Assembly: GCA_965213925.1 (NCBI GenBank)
Contig: OZ243927.1
Location: forward strand, 384,001-448,000
DNA from: Trueperaceae bacterium
GTDB taxonomy: Bacteria; Deinococcota; Deinococci; Deinococcales; Trueperaceae
DNA length: 64,000 bases
Reading direction: 5' to 3'
Shown: positions 51,512-60,419 of the stretch, in pieces
Position numbering within the stretch: the stretch's first letter is position 1
How the letters are laid out: every line of letters begins with the position of its first letter
Notes under the pieces: generated by a model
What the model saw: the letters and a program-made list of their open reading frames with translations, nothing else
Databases searched by the model: none
What the model was told of the DNA's origin: nothing
Program-made: the position numbers and the translations under genes

Positions 51512-51952
51512 TCAAAATCGGCGTATTAGATAAACACCTACCAAGAGCAGCGCCGCACCTAAAAGACGTTGCCAGCTAAGCGTATGCTGCGCGAAGTTGA
51601 GCCAGCCGAAGTGGTCAATAAGCAGAGCGAGTAAAAGTTGACCTGCAATGATAAGCCCTATCAACGTTGCCGCGCCGAGCCTAGGCGCGGCGATGATAGT
51701 GCCTACTTGATACAAAATTGCCAAGCCCGCTGCTGACCACGCCCACCACGGGACAGAGGGGAAAATAGACATACTCGGTGCGGGCGCACGGATGGCAAGA
51801 GCAAGAATAATAGAAAGCACCAACCCCTGCGCGAAGATAACGACAGAGACCCAGAACGGATGCCCTAGAAAGTTGCGAAGCTCCGTGTTCGCGGCGATCT
51901 GTAAAGGAATTGAGGCTCCGATGGAGAGCGCTAAAACGACAAATATCCACAT
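51512..51952 (-). CDS. DMT family (YdcZ-like) membrane protein
   Basis: PWWAW, PRLGA, GQL...IDHFG. Confidence 0.85.
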   Translation of the reverse strand: MWIFVVLALSIGASIPLQIAANTELRNFLGHPFWVSVVIFAQGLVLSIILALAIRAPAPSMSIFPSVPWWAWSAAGLAILYQVGTIIAAPRLGAATLIGLIIAGQLLLALLIDHFGWLNFAQHTLSWQRLLGAALLLVGVYLIRRF

Positions 51953-51961
51953 ACCGCTATC

Positions 51962-52921
51962 CTAGCGGATGATGTCGCTGTGGGCTTGGTCCAAAAGCCG
52001 GTCTAGCTCGAGCCGACTCACCACCGGCTGGTCGCCATATTGACTCAGCGAGAGCGCCGCGCAGAGCACGCCGTAGTGCAGACCCGTCTTGAAGTCATCC
52101 TGCAAAATTCCGTGCAGCACGCCCGCTACCATCGAATCGCCTGCGCCGATGCGGTCTAGGATGACGACATGCCGGGCGGGTACATGGGTGTAGCGTTCGC
52201 CATCCCAACCCATCAAACCCTCACTCGACATGGACATGATAATTTTGCGAGCACGAGTATGCTCCGCGAGCTGCGCGATCATCTCCTCAGTCTTACCTCG
52301 GCAACCGAATACGGTTTGCGCGTCGCCGCGTCCGCAAAAGAGGATGTCGAGGTCGCGCAGGAGCGGCAGCACGGCTTTTTTCGCCGCTTCGGGCGTCCAC
52401 AGGCGGCTACGGTAATTCATATCGAAACTCACGGGTATACCCGCCGCCTTCGCCCGCGACGCCGCTTCTTTCAAGACCGCTTCGCTGTTGCCGCACAGCC
52501 CAACGGTTATCCCTGAGAGGTGCAGGAGGCGCGTATCTAAAACATAATCCCAGTCGATGTCGTCGGGCGTGAGCTGCGTAAAACACGTTCCCCTACGGTC
52601 ATAGTAGACCTGCGTGGAGCGCGGCGGCACGGCGTACTCGACGTAGTAGGTGGCGAGGCGGTGGTCTTGGGACCAGATGACGGCGGAGAGGTCGAGCCCA
52701 GAGAAGCGGTAGTCGCCTGCGACGCGGCGACCCAAAGGCGTATCGGGCAAGGCGCTCACCCAACCGCAGGACCAGCCCAAACGCGAGAGCGTACACGCAA
52801 CGTTACCCTCTGTGCCCGAAACGTGCACGTCGAACTGTTTGGCTTGCTCGAGCATCATCCCCGCAGGCACGCACAAGCGGAGTTGCCCCTCCCCTATCGT
52901 CGTCACGTCGAAGCGCGGCAT
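51962..52921 (-). CDS. PfkB family sugar kinase (KdgK-like)
   Basis: FDMNYRSRLW, DRIGAGDS. Confidence 0.9.
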   Translation of the reverse strand: MPRFDVTTIGEGQLRLCVPAGMMLEQAKQFDVHVSGTEGNVACTLSRLGWSCGWVSALPDTPLGRRVAGDYRFSGLDLSAVIWSQDHRLATYYVEYAVPPRSTQVYYDRRGTCFTQLTPDDIDWDYVLDTRLLHLSGITVGLCGNSEAVLKEAASRAKAAGIPVSFDMNYRSRLWTPEAAKKAVLPLLRDLDILFCGRGDAQTVFGCRGKTEEMIAQLAEHTRARKIIMSMSSEGLMGWDGERYTHVPARHVVILDRIGAGDSMVAGVLHGILQDDFKTGLHYGVLCAALSLSQYGDQPVVSRLELDRLLDQAHSDIIR

Positions 52922-53035
52922 CGCCCTGCCCTCCTCAAGATTTAGCTCATCCGTTAGCCCTCACTCTACTAAAATGTAGTCGAGACTGCAATAGCATCTA
53001 CTCGCCTCTTGAACACATGTGCAAACTAAAGGCTT

Positions 53036-53686
53036 TTACAGAGACCGCAAGAGGTCGAGCGAAAACTCGTTTAGTGACCCCAACACTGCGTCGGCTCGAG
53101 CCAACACCTCTTCGTCCACCGGAAACCTCTCGTCGGGAATAGCGATGACTTTCATGCCCGCATTCAAACCGGAGAGGATGCCGTTTTTAGAGTCCTCCAA
53201 GCACACGCATCTCTCCGGGTCAACGCCTAAACGCTTCGCTGTTTCTAAATAAACGTCAGGGTACGGCTTACCTCTTTCCACTTGGTCAGCGGACAAGATG
53301 ACTTCTAGCTTACCGCCCAATTCGGGTGATGCGGTCACAAGGTCGATCAAGCTGCGCTCCGAACCCGAAGCGAGCGCGGTTCGGTAGTGCGCCGCTGCCA
53401 AATCCACCGCCTCGACTGCACCTTCGCGAAAGGGGATTTGCTCGTTGTAGATGCCCCGCATCCGCTCAACAACCTCTTGGATGATGTCGTTTAGTGAGGA
53501 CTCGAGCCCCCACCTGTCGCGCATATACCGCGCCCACTCCTCCGTCGAAACCCCCATCACGGCGGCGTGGTCGTCCTCGTTCCAAGGTTTACCTAAGCGA
53601 GCCGCCATATCCGCCCGCGCCTGGTCCCACTTGGGCTCCGAGTCGATGAGAAGCCCGTCCATGTCGAAAATGACTGCGCTGAGCAA
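53036..53686 (-). CDS. HAD family phosphatase
   Basis: FDMDGLLIDSE, KPYPD, EDSKNG. Confidence 0.9.
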   Translation of the reverse strand: MLSAVIFDMDGLLIDSEPKWDQARADMAARLGKPWNEDDHAAVMGVSTEEWARYMRDRWGLESSLNDIIQEVVERMRGIYNEQIPFREGAVEAVDLAAAHYRTALASGSERSLIDLVTASPELGGKLEVILSADQVERGKPYPDVYLETAKRLGVDPERCVCLEDSKNGILSGLNAGMKVIAIPDERFPVDEEVLARADAVLGSLNEFSLDLLRSL

Positions 53687-53876
53687 AATGCTACCTCCAA
53701 GTAGAGAGAATGCGGTGCGTATTCCTTAGCGACTCAGCACTTCAGCTTGTCAGGTTTTTGGGTTTCCCTGACTCGCTGACATAGGTTAGAGCGAAGCTCA
53801 AAGGCTTTTACAGGTTACGGCGTAAAGCCGGTCGCTTTCAGCGATCACCTGTGCCTTCACCTATGCTGACTAGCTT

Positions 53877-54815
53877 CTAGCCTTTTACCGCCCCCGCCGT
53901 CATCCCCTGAATAATCTGCTTCGCGGCGAAAAAGGTGATGATGAGGGGTGGAATCGCGATGAGGCTCCCCACCGCCATCATCTCGCCCCACAGCACGCCG
54001 CTGTCGCGGATGAATTCGGAGGCGAAGACGGGCAGCGTTTTGGTGTAGCGACTCGTCAGAAAGAGCGCCAAGATAAACTCGTTCCAGGCGATGCGAAAGG
54101 TGAAAATGGCGGAGACCGCGAAGCCGCCGCCCATGAGCGGGAAAATGACGCGGAATAAAACTTGCAAGAGGTTCGCGCCGTCTACGATGGCGGCTTCCTC
54201 GAGTTCCACCGGAATCTGCTGGATAAAGCCGAACAGGAGCCATACGGAGAAAGGTAGATTGAGCGCAGTATAAAAGAGCATCAAGCCGAGTTGCGAACCG
54301 TCCAAGAGGTCGCCGCGTCCGAGACCGTTCGGCAGATTAAAGCGCACCCCCTCCACCGCGTCCCCGATGCCCCACGAAATCCAAAAGCCGATGACCGCCA
54401 CCGCGATGACCGCAGGCGGAATCATGCGAATCACGAGCGTCGTCTGCGCGATGATGCCGCGCCCCGGAAAGCGCATTCGAGCGAGCGCGAACGCCGCCAT
54501 GCCCGCCGTGAGGAGCGTAAAAAAGGTCGAGCCGAGCGCGATAACCAGCGACGAGATGAGGTAGGGGATCATGCGGTAGGTCGTGATGACTTCCGTATAG
54601 TTGCTGACCGTCGGCATGAAAATCCAGCGGGGAACCCTGGACTGAATCTCCACGGGGAGCTTCAAAGAGGTCGCGAACATGACGAAAATCGGCGCGAGCG
54701 TGACGAGCGCGAGTGTCACGAGTGCGATGTAGCGCCACACGTCGCCACTTTTGGGGCTCGAGCGTTTCGCCCTGCGCTCCCGCTGTTCCAGACCTCTTTC
54801 TACCGTCCGCTGCAC
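53877..54815 (-). CDS. Carbohydrate ABC transporter permease
   Basis: ELEEAAIVDGA; ends GMTAGAVKG. Confidence 0.9.
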   Translation of the reverse strand: MQRTVERGLEQRERRAKRSSPKSGDVWRYIALVTLALVTLAPIFVMFATSLKLPVEIQSRVPRWIFMPTVSNYTEVITTYRMIPYLISSLVIALGSTFFTLLTAGMAAFALARMRFPGRGIIAQTTLVIRMIPPAVIAVAVIGFWISWGIGDAVEGVRFNLPNGLGRGDLLDGSQLGLMLFYTALNLPFSVWLLFGFIQQIPVELEEAAIVDGANLLQVLFRVIFPLMGGGFAVSAIFTFRIAWNEFILALFLTSRYTKTLPVFASEFIRDSGVLWGEMMAVGSLIAIPPLIITFFAAKQIIQGMTAGAVKG

Positions 54816-54816
54816 C

Positions 54817-55725
54817 TTAAATCTCCCTGTCCTTGAGAGGATTGTTGTAGAGCATCAGCAAGATACTGAGGACGATTAAAATCACGCTGAGGAGTACCGC
54901 AATTGTCGCGGCGTAGCCCAAGTCTTGAGAGGTAAAGGCAGTTTGAAAGAGGAGGAGCGACAAAACCCGTGTCGAACTCCCCGGTCCGCCGTTCGTCATA
55001 ATGTAGATGACCTCTAAAGCCCTAAATACATCAATAATCCGCATCAGCAACGCGATCAACAAGATATTGCGCATCATCGGCAGCTTGATACGCCAGGTCA
55101 TCTGGAGCCAGTTCGCGCCGTCGATTTTGGAGGCTTCAATGATGTTCGAAGGTAAGCCTTGTAAACCCGCCAGCGCAATCATGAAGATGAAGGGCGTCCA
55201 CTGCCACACGTCGCTAATGACGATGGAGAACATCGCCAGCGCGGGGTCGGCGAGCCATTCTTGGCGGTCAAAGCCTAAGGTTTGTAAAAAGGGCAGGACG
55301 TCGCCGATGGACTCGAGGTAATAGTTAATCACGCCGTTACGGGCGTCGAGTAGATAACGCCAGATGAGTCCGACAACGATAGGCGCAATCATAAGCGGCA
55401 AGACAAAAATCGTGCGGAAGAACGACGCACCTCTTACGGGTTGCTCTAAGAGCAGCGCCAAGCCGACGCCGATGATCATCTCGAGCAACACCACCCAGAA
55501 CCCAAAGATAAACGTCACCCTGACCGCGCCCCATACGGTGGGGTCCGTCAAGAGGCGGCGGAAGTTCTGCCAGCCTAGATAGTCCTTCGCCGCCCACGCC
55601 TCACCGAAGTTCCAGTCGTAAAAGCTCAGCACGAGCGAGTTGTATAAGGGAACCATCAACCCAAGCGCCAGGATGGTCACAGCGGGGAGGAGAAACAAAT
55701 AGGGGACGAAGCGGTTTGTTCTCAT
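54817..55725 (-). CDS. Carbohydrate ABC transporter permease
   Basis: DVWQWTPF, EASKIDGA, TNGGPG. Confidence 0.9.
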   Translation of the reverse strand: MRTNRFVPYLFLLPAVTILALGLMVPLYNSLVLSFYDWNFGEAWAAKDYLGWQNFRRLLTDPTVWGAVRVTFIFGFWVVLLEMIIGVGLALLLEQPVRGASFFRTIFVLPLMIAPIVVGLIWRYLLDARNGVINYYLESIGDVLPFLQTLGFDRQEWLADPALAMFSIVISDVWQWTPFIFMIALAGLQGLPSNIIEASKIDGANWLQMTWRIKLPMMRNILLIALLMRIIDVFRALEVIYIMTNGGPGSSTRVLSLLLFQTAFTSQDLGYAATIAVLLSVILIVLSILLMLYNNPLKDREI

Positions 55726-55953
55726 AAAGTTTTCTCGTGGGTTCTTCCATTAGCAGGTATCATCTGGTTTGAGACACTCTCACTATGCAAAGCGGTGTCT
55801 AGTACGCACATTCGGAGATGATATCTGCGCTCATCCGTCTCAGTATGTCTTGGAACTGCTACGTGTGAAATTCTGTGTTTATGGAGCATTGGGAACCTTA
55901 AATATTTGGGGAATTTCTTTTGGTGTAGGCTCGAGGGACGAGGCGGGCAGCGC

Positions 55954-56063
55954 GTAGGGGCACGCCTATAGATAACTGTATGAATCGCCCCTACGGAGCG
56001 GTGCGTTTCCATCAGTATGAGAATTGTTGGCGATGTAGGGGCGGGTTTGAAACCCGCCCCTAC
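55954..56063. repeat. GTAG-type REP palindromes
   Basis: GTAGGGGC...GCCCCTAC (55954-55994) and GTAGGGGCGGGTTTGAAACCCGCCCCTAC (56035-56063). Confidence 0.75.
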
Positions 56064-56099
56064 GAAGCGAGGCATTATAAGTCAGTATGCACCGTGCCG

Positions 56100-57440
56100 C
56101 TACTGGTCCGTCCAGCTATAGTAACCCTCACGCGCTAACAGCTCACGGATACGCTCGTTCGCGCTGGTCATCGCTTCGGCAATGGACTTCTGTCCGGTCA
56201 ACGCAGCCGAAATCTCCTCGCCTAAAATCGGCGCGTTCATGGCGGGCCACTCGGGGATGAGGGGACGCCAGTCGGGGTCGGCGCACTCGAGCTGCTCCAA
56301 GACAACCGGAAACTCGGGGCGCATCGCTTGAAGCTCTTCGTTGGCGAGCGTAGACATCCGCATCGGGTTGCCGCCCGCTTCGACCACCATTTGGTCGCCC
56401 ATCTTGCTCGTGAACCACTGGATGAAGAGCCACGCGGCTTCTTTGTTCTGCGAATTCGAGGGAATCCCCATTGCGAAGCCGCCCGTTTCCGAGCCGCACT
56501 CGGCGGCGGTGGGGTGGAGCGCGTAGCCGACGTTGCCGACGATCGTAGAGGTCTCGGGGTTGTCCGCCATCGGCGCAATCGCCATGCGGTCTAGGTAAAT
56601 CGCGGCGTCACCTTGCAAAAAGGCGGCGTCTTGTTCGCCTGCACCGTTAGCCTCTGCGCCTGGGGGGGCGTTCTCGAGGATCGTCTTGAGCACCTGCGCC
56701 GCCTCAATCGCCTCGGGGCTATTCACTACGGGGTTGAAGTTGTCGTCCAAGACCGTCCCACCCAAAGGCGAGAGGTGGAGGAGCCAAGCGTGCACCACCT
56801 GGTGTCCCGCCGAGCCGCGCGTCGTTATGCCGTAGACATCGGGGACGTTTTCGGTGATGAACGCAGCCGTTTCTAACAGCTCATCGTAAGTCGTGGGTAC
56901 CTCTAGGTCGTACTCCTCGAAGATGTCCGTACGGTACGCTAAGATGCTCGTCTCGGGGCTAAAGGGGATGCCGTAAAGCGATGCGCCGGGTCCGTCCAAG
57001 TACCCTTTACGCCCACCCACCTTGCCGCCGTTCGTGAGGTACGCTGGGACGATATCCTCGATGTCGTAGTCGGGCATGGAAAGACGTGGATCGTTCAAAA
57101 AGGGCGCGAGCGGCGTGAGCCAGCCGTTGTCCACGTACTCGTTTTTGGTGAAGACCACCCAAGAGACGACATCTAAATCGCCCGAGTTGGGCTTGGAAAT
57201 CTCGGTGATTTGGCGGTCTTTCATGTTGAGGTACTGAGTCAAATCGAGTTCGACTTCGATGCCCGTCTCCTCGGTGAACTGCGGAATGAGGGTCGCGGCG
57301 TTTTCGAAGTGTGCCAGCGCGGGCCAGCTCACCACGATGGTCGTGCCGTCAAACTCCTCGTAAGGTTGGGCGAAGCTAAAGCCCGATAAAGAGATCAGTC
57401 CCGCCACTAACAAGAGAACGAATTTGCGGACGTGCGTCAT
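56100..57440 (-). CDS. Carbohydrate ABC transporter substrate-binding protein
   Basis: Signal peptide; LAYRTDIFEEYDLEVPTTYDEL. Confidence 0.9.
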   Translation of the reverse strand: MTHVRKFVLLLVAGLISLSGFSFAQPYEEFDGTTIVVSWPALAHFENAATLIPQFTEETGIEVELDLTQYLNMKDRQITEISKPNSGDLDVVSWVVFTKNEYVDNGWLTPLAPFLNDPRLSMPDYDIEDIVPAYLTNGGKVGGRKGYLDGPGASLYGIPFSPETSILAYRTDIFEEYDLEVPTTYDELLETAAFITENVPDVYGITTRGSAGHQVVHAWLLHLSPLGGTVLDDNFNPVVNSPEAIEAAQVLKTILENAPPGAEANGAGEQDAAFLQGDAAIYLDRMAIAPMADNPETSTIVGNVGYALHPTAAECGSETGGFAMGIPSNSQNKEAAWLFIQWFTSKMGDQMVVEAGGNPMRMSTLANEELQAMRPEFPVVLEQLECADPDWRPLIPEWPAMNAPILGEEISAALTGQKSIAEAMTSANERIRELLAREGYYSWTDQ

Positions 57441-57579
57441 CTTTTCTCCTTTACTGCCGTGCAGCTATTCGCGCACCGCATGTACTACCTAATTTTTGTG
57501 TGCCCAACGTAGTATAAGTTATCTTTTTCACTACCAACGTAGTCCCTGTCTACGATTAGCCTGACCGCTTCCCATCTCT

Positions 57580-58644
57580 CTACAAAAGCGCCTTAAAGGG
57601 CAGATCGGGCTCTTCACTAAACGCATCCTCGAAGCCGCGCCGGTAGTTGAACACGAGCCGGTCTTTGTCCAGTGGATGCGTATATCTGCCGCCGACTTGC
57701 CATATAAAGGGCTTGAAACCGTACTGATGACGCTCGCGGCGCATCTTCCAGAGCGTCAAAATCTCGTCTGTGTCCGCCTGAAAGTTCGTCCAGATGTCGT
57801 GATGTACTGGGATAACGACCTCTGCGTCCAGCCCTTCCGCCATCTTCAAGAGGTCGATGGCGGTCATCTTGTCGGTCATGCCGCGCGGATTATCGCCAAA
57901 AGAACCGAGCGCCACGTCAATATGGTGGTCGTTGCCGTGCTTCGTGTAGTAGTTCGAATAGTGCGAGTCGCCACTGTGATAGAGGTTGCCGCCCGGCGTT
58001 TTAACGAGATAGTTGACCGCACGCTCGTCCATCTCCAAAACGGGCTGGTCTTTGAGAGTCACGTCAGCGGTTGTCGTGACGAGTTCGGTGCGGTCAAAAG
58101 ATTCGAGCACAACAAGTTCCAAATCTTTAACCTGCAACGTATCGCCCGGCTTCACCACCACACACCGCGCTTCGGGCACGCCCCAATCTAGCCACTTGTC
58201 TACGCAGGTGTGCGGTCCGATGAACTGCACGGAAGGGTCACAGTTTTGCATTACGGCGGCGGCGACGTTTGGGTCGATGTGGTCGCTGTGGTCGTGGGTG
58301 GCTATCACGGCATCAATCTCGCGGATGGCGAAGGGGTCTAAGACGCAAACTGAGTTGCGTAAGTTCGGCTGGATGAGCTTCGCGCCGATGGCGCGGCGGT
58401 GCTGATGCCCTTCGCGCATCGTCTTGACCTTTTGCGTGCGCTTACCGCTGCCTACCCAGAGGTCGAAACAGAGGTTCGCGTTTCCCTCAGTTTTCAGCCA
58501 AATCCCCGTGCAACCGAGCCACCACATCGCGAAGGTACCGGGGTCAACCTCAGTTTGCTCGATCTCTTCATTGAGCCACGTGCCCCACTCGGGGAAGGTG
58601 TCTAAAATCCAAGACTCTCTGGTGATTTCGTCTACTTTGCTCAA
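57580..58644 (-). CDS. ulaG: L-ascorbate 6-phosphate lactonase-like metallo-beta-lactamase
   Basis: [45 protein letters not shown], as in UlaG. Confidence 0.88.
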   Translation of the reverse strand: MSKVDEITRESWILDTFPEWGTWLNEEIEQTEVDPGTFAMWWLGCTGIWLKTEGNANLCFDLWVGSGKRTQKVKTMREGHQHRRAIGAKLIQPNLRNSVCVLDPFAIREIDAVIATHDHSDHIDPNVAAAVMQNCDPSVQFIGPHTCVDKWLDWGVPEARCVVVKPGDTLQVKDLELVVLESFDRTELVTTTADVTLKDQPVLEMDERAVNYLVKTPGGNLYHSGDSHYSNYYTKHGNDHHIDVALGSFGDNPRGMTDKMTAIDLLKMAEGLDAEVVIPVHHDIWTNFQADTDEILTLWKMRRERHQYGFKPFIWQVGGRYTHPLDKDRLVFNYRRGFEDAFSEEPDLPFKALL

Positions 58645-58748
58645 ACTTCACCTCTTGCTGTCTGCGTCTATAAATCTGCCGCTAGAGAAGGCGTTTCTCT
58701 TGAATAGGACGCTCGAGTTTGTTCTTTAATTAATTAAAAAATGAATGA

Positions 58749-58898
58749 TGTCATTCTGTTCACGAAGTTGGGCGTAGCCGCTGTAACGAAGTGAAGTGTA
58801 AGAATCTCTGACCTTGCTGACACCTCTTGCTGAGAGTGCGAGTTACAAAGTTTTGGCATAGCCAAACGAGACCCTTACGCCTTCGGCTCAGGGTGACA
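58749..58898. repeat. REP/REPIN-like intergenic element, copy 3 (inverted)
   Basis: Reverse complement of most of the 37957-38084 core. Confidence 0.8.
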
Positions 58899-59102
58899 TG
58901 CTAATAAGTATCAACACTTAGTCTACGGCGTATTTATATATTCACAAATAGAATAGCGGCTCGAAATCAGCACGTCAACACATCTACCTACATTTTTGCA
59001 CATATGCTCAATCGTTCAACAGCTCAGCGTGAGATACACCTCTTGGGTCTCGAGACAATTTTCATCTTGATATTTCGGCTAGACTTCTATGCTGGGGCAA
59101 CT

Positions 59103-59438
59103 ATGAATAGACCTATCGACAATCCTCCCAACTTAAACCACTTTCGGGGCACTCGGCGCAGCATCCTGACGCTCGTCTGCGGCGTCGCAATCGGCTTCGC
59201 GGCGAGTTCCGACACCCCTCTTCTCTTAGGCGTCGCCTGGCTCTTCGCCGCGTTCGCCTATGCTGAAAAAAGCTACCTCGATGAGCAGTACTCGAGGGCT
59301 ATCATGCTGTGGACGTTCGGCGTGGCTGGCTTAGCAGGGACGCTCCTTGTGCAGCAGCAATATCTGGCGGGAGCCGTACTTGGCGCGTTAGCAGCGGGCT
59401 ACGCGGTGCAGGCGTGGTGGGCTAGGGCACGGGCTTAG
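59103..59438 (+). CDS. Small membrane protein
   Basis: About four hydrophobic segments; ATG at 59103. Confidence 0.55.
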   Translation: MNRPIDNPPNLNHFRGTRRSILTLVCGVAIGFAASSDTPLLLGVAWLFAAFAYAEKSYLDEQYSRAIMLWTFGVAGLAGTLLVQQQYLAGAVLGALAAGYAVQAWWARARA

Positions 59439-59485
59439 CTCGAGCTTCACAATACGACGCTCAATCTTAATGAAGATTGTGGTGC

Positions 59486-59514
59486 TTGACACCTTATGTG
59501 AGGTTTGCTACACT
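59486..59514 (+). promoter_or_regulatory. Sigma70 promoter of the Y RNA/tRNA-rsr-rtcB transcript
   Basis: TTGACA-17 nt-TACACT with extended -10 TG. The expected start near 59521 is 2 nt before the first Y RNA. Confidence 0.85.
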
Positions 59515-59522
59515 TCTAATTC

Positions 59523-59590
59523 GCGGACCGAAGAGACTTCGTTACCTGACTTTCCCTCAGACCTAACCCGAAGTCTCACCACTCGTCCGC
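59523..59590 (+). ncRNA. Y RNA 1 (minimal, no tRNA domain)
   Basis: GCGGAC-C-GA pairs with UC-GUCCGC (bulged C); AGACUUCG/CGAAGUCU upper stem; GUUACC motif; pyrimidine-rich loop. Confidence 0.75.
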
Positions 59591-59640
59591 TAATTTCCAA
59601 GAAAGGGAGACACTCACCGCTTTGTGAGGTCGTGGACGCT

Positions 59641-59772
59641 ATGAATAAACATTTTATACAACCCGAACACGGCTCCATCCTGAGCGCCGAGCCCACCTGG
59701 TTTTTCCAGCGTGCCACCTGGTTTTTCCAGCGTGCCACCTGGTTTTTCCAGCGTGATAGTCGGCGAGCGTAA
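59641..59772 (+). CDS. Candidate 43-aa leader peptide with (TWFFQR)x3
   Basis: ATG with GAGGT ~10 nt upstream; contains three 21-bp in-frame repeats. Confidence 0.35.
   Translation: MNKHFIQPEHGSILSAEPTWFFQRATWFFQRATWFFQRDSRRA
59693..59755 (+). repeat. Three perfect tandem 21-bp repeats
   Basis: CCACCTGGTTTTTCCAGCGTG at 59693, 59714 and 59735. Confidence 0.95.
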
Positions 59773-59851
59773 GGATATTAAGGTGAGTTGGACCCCTCGA
59801 ATATTTTTAACCCCCAAAAACTGAATAGTACTCACCTTAATTTGGAGCTAT

Positions 59852-59988
59852 AGACGGGCCGAAGACGTTTCGTTATCTGGATCATCGTGTTGCGGGTTCG
59901 AATCCCGTCTAGCGTCAGCTAGTAGCTCAAACGGTTAGAGCATATGATGGAGCCTAGCTCCTACCGAAATGTCGTCTCTTGCCCGTTT
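59852..59988 (+). ncRNA. Y RNA 2, classical YrlA topology
   Basis: Ro stem ACGGGC-C-GA/UUGCCCGU; GUUAUC; T arm GCGGG-UUCGAAU-CCCGU; closed acceptor CUAGC/GCUAG; D arm GCUC/GAGC; AUCAU/AUGAU connector. Confidence 0.85.
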
Positions 59989-60054
59989 TCAAAGAAGAGT
60001 TGTCCGCAAGGGCTAACTCACAGGTCTTTATACCCCTCTGAGGCTATTCGCTCT

Positions 60055-60144
60055 GATGGACTGACGCAGTTTGGTTATCTGGATTCACAAGTTCGACTCT
60101 TGACCTAGCGCAAGCTAGCATCCAAACTACGTTCCTTGTCCATC
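60055..60144 (+). ncRNA. Y RNA 3 (T arm plus closed acceptor, no D arm; bulged U)
   Basis: GAUGGAC-U-GA/UUGUCCAUC; GUUAUC; CAAG-UUCGACU-CUUG; CUAGC-GCAA-GCUAG. Confidence 0.75.
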
Positions 60145-60156
60145 TCTACTAGACCT

Positions 60157-60232
60157 GGTGCCATCGTCTAGCGGTCTAGGACTCGAGCCTTTCACGTTCG
60201 CAACAGGGGTTCAAATCCCCTTGGCATCACCA
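60157..60232 (+). tRNA. tRNA-Glu (UUC)
   Basis: Full cloverleaf GGTGCCA/TGGCATC, anticodon loop CT-TTC-AC, T loop TTCAAAT, encoded ACCA. Confidence 0.92.
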
Positions 60233-60243
60233 ACCTAATTTAC

Positions 60244-60414
60244 GATGTGGGCCGAAGCGTGTCCGTTATCGACTTCTAATCGGCAGGTCGCGGGTTCGAC
60301 TCCCGCCCAGCACCCCCAACATGGTGCTGGTAGCTCAGTGGCAGAGCAGCTCGAGCACCACTTGGTTTGGTAGAACCCCAGTGCTCGTTCGGACATTCAC
60401 CCCTTGCCTACATC
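60244..60414 (+). ncRNA. Y RNA 4, permuted tRNA domain with Arg (UCU) anticodon loop
   Basis: GAUGUGGGC-C-GA/UUGCCUACAUC; UCGA-CUUCUAA-UCGG; T arm; CCAGCACC/GGUGCUGG acceptor; D arm. Confidence 0.85.
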
Positions 60415-60419
60415 TTTTC

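Noticed and set aside
59492..59510. DdrO/RDRM box in the rsr promoter spacer
   Set aside because: Only the TTATGT half-site is present; the ACGTAA-like half is missing.
59693..59755. CRISPR array
   Set aside because: The repeats are directly adjacent with no spacers, and no cas genes are in the window.
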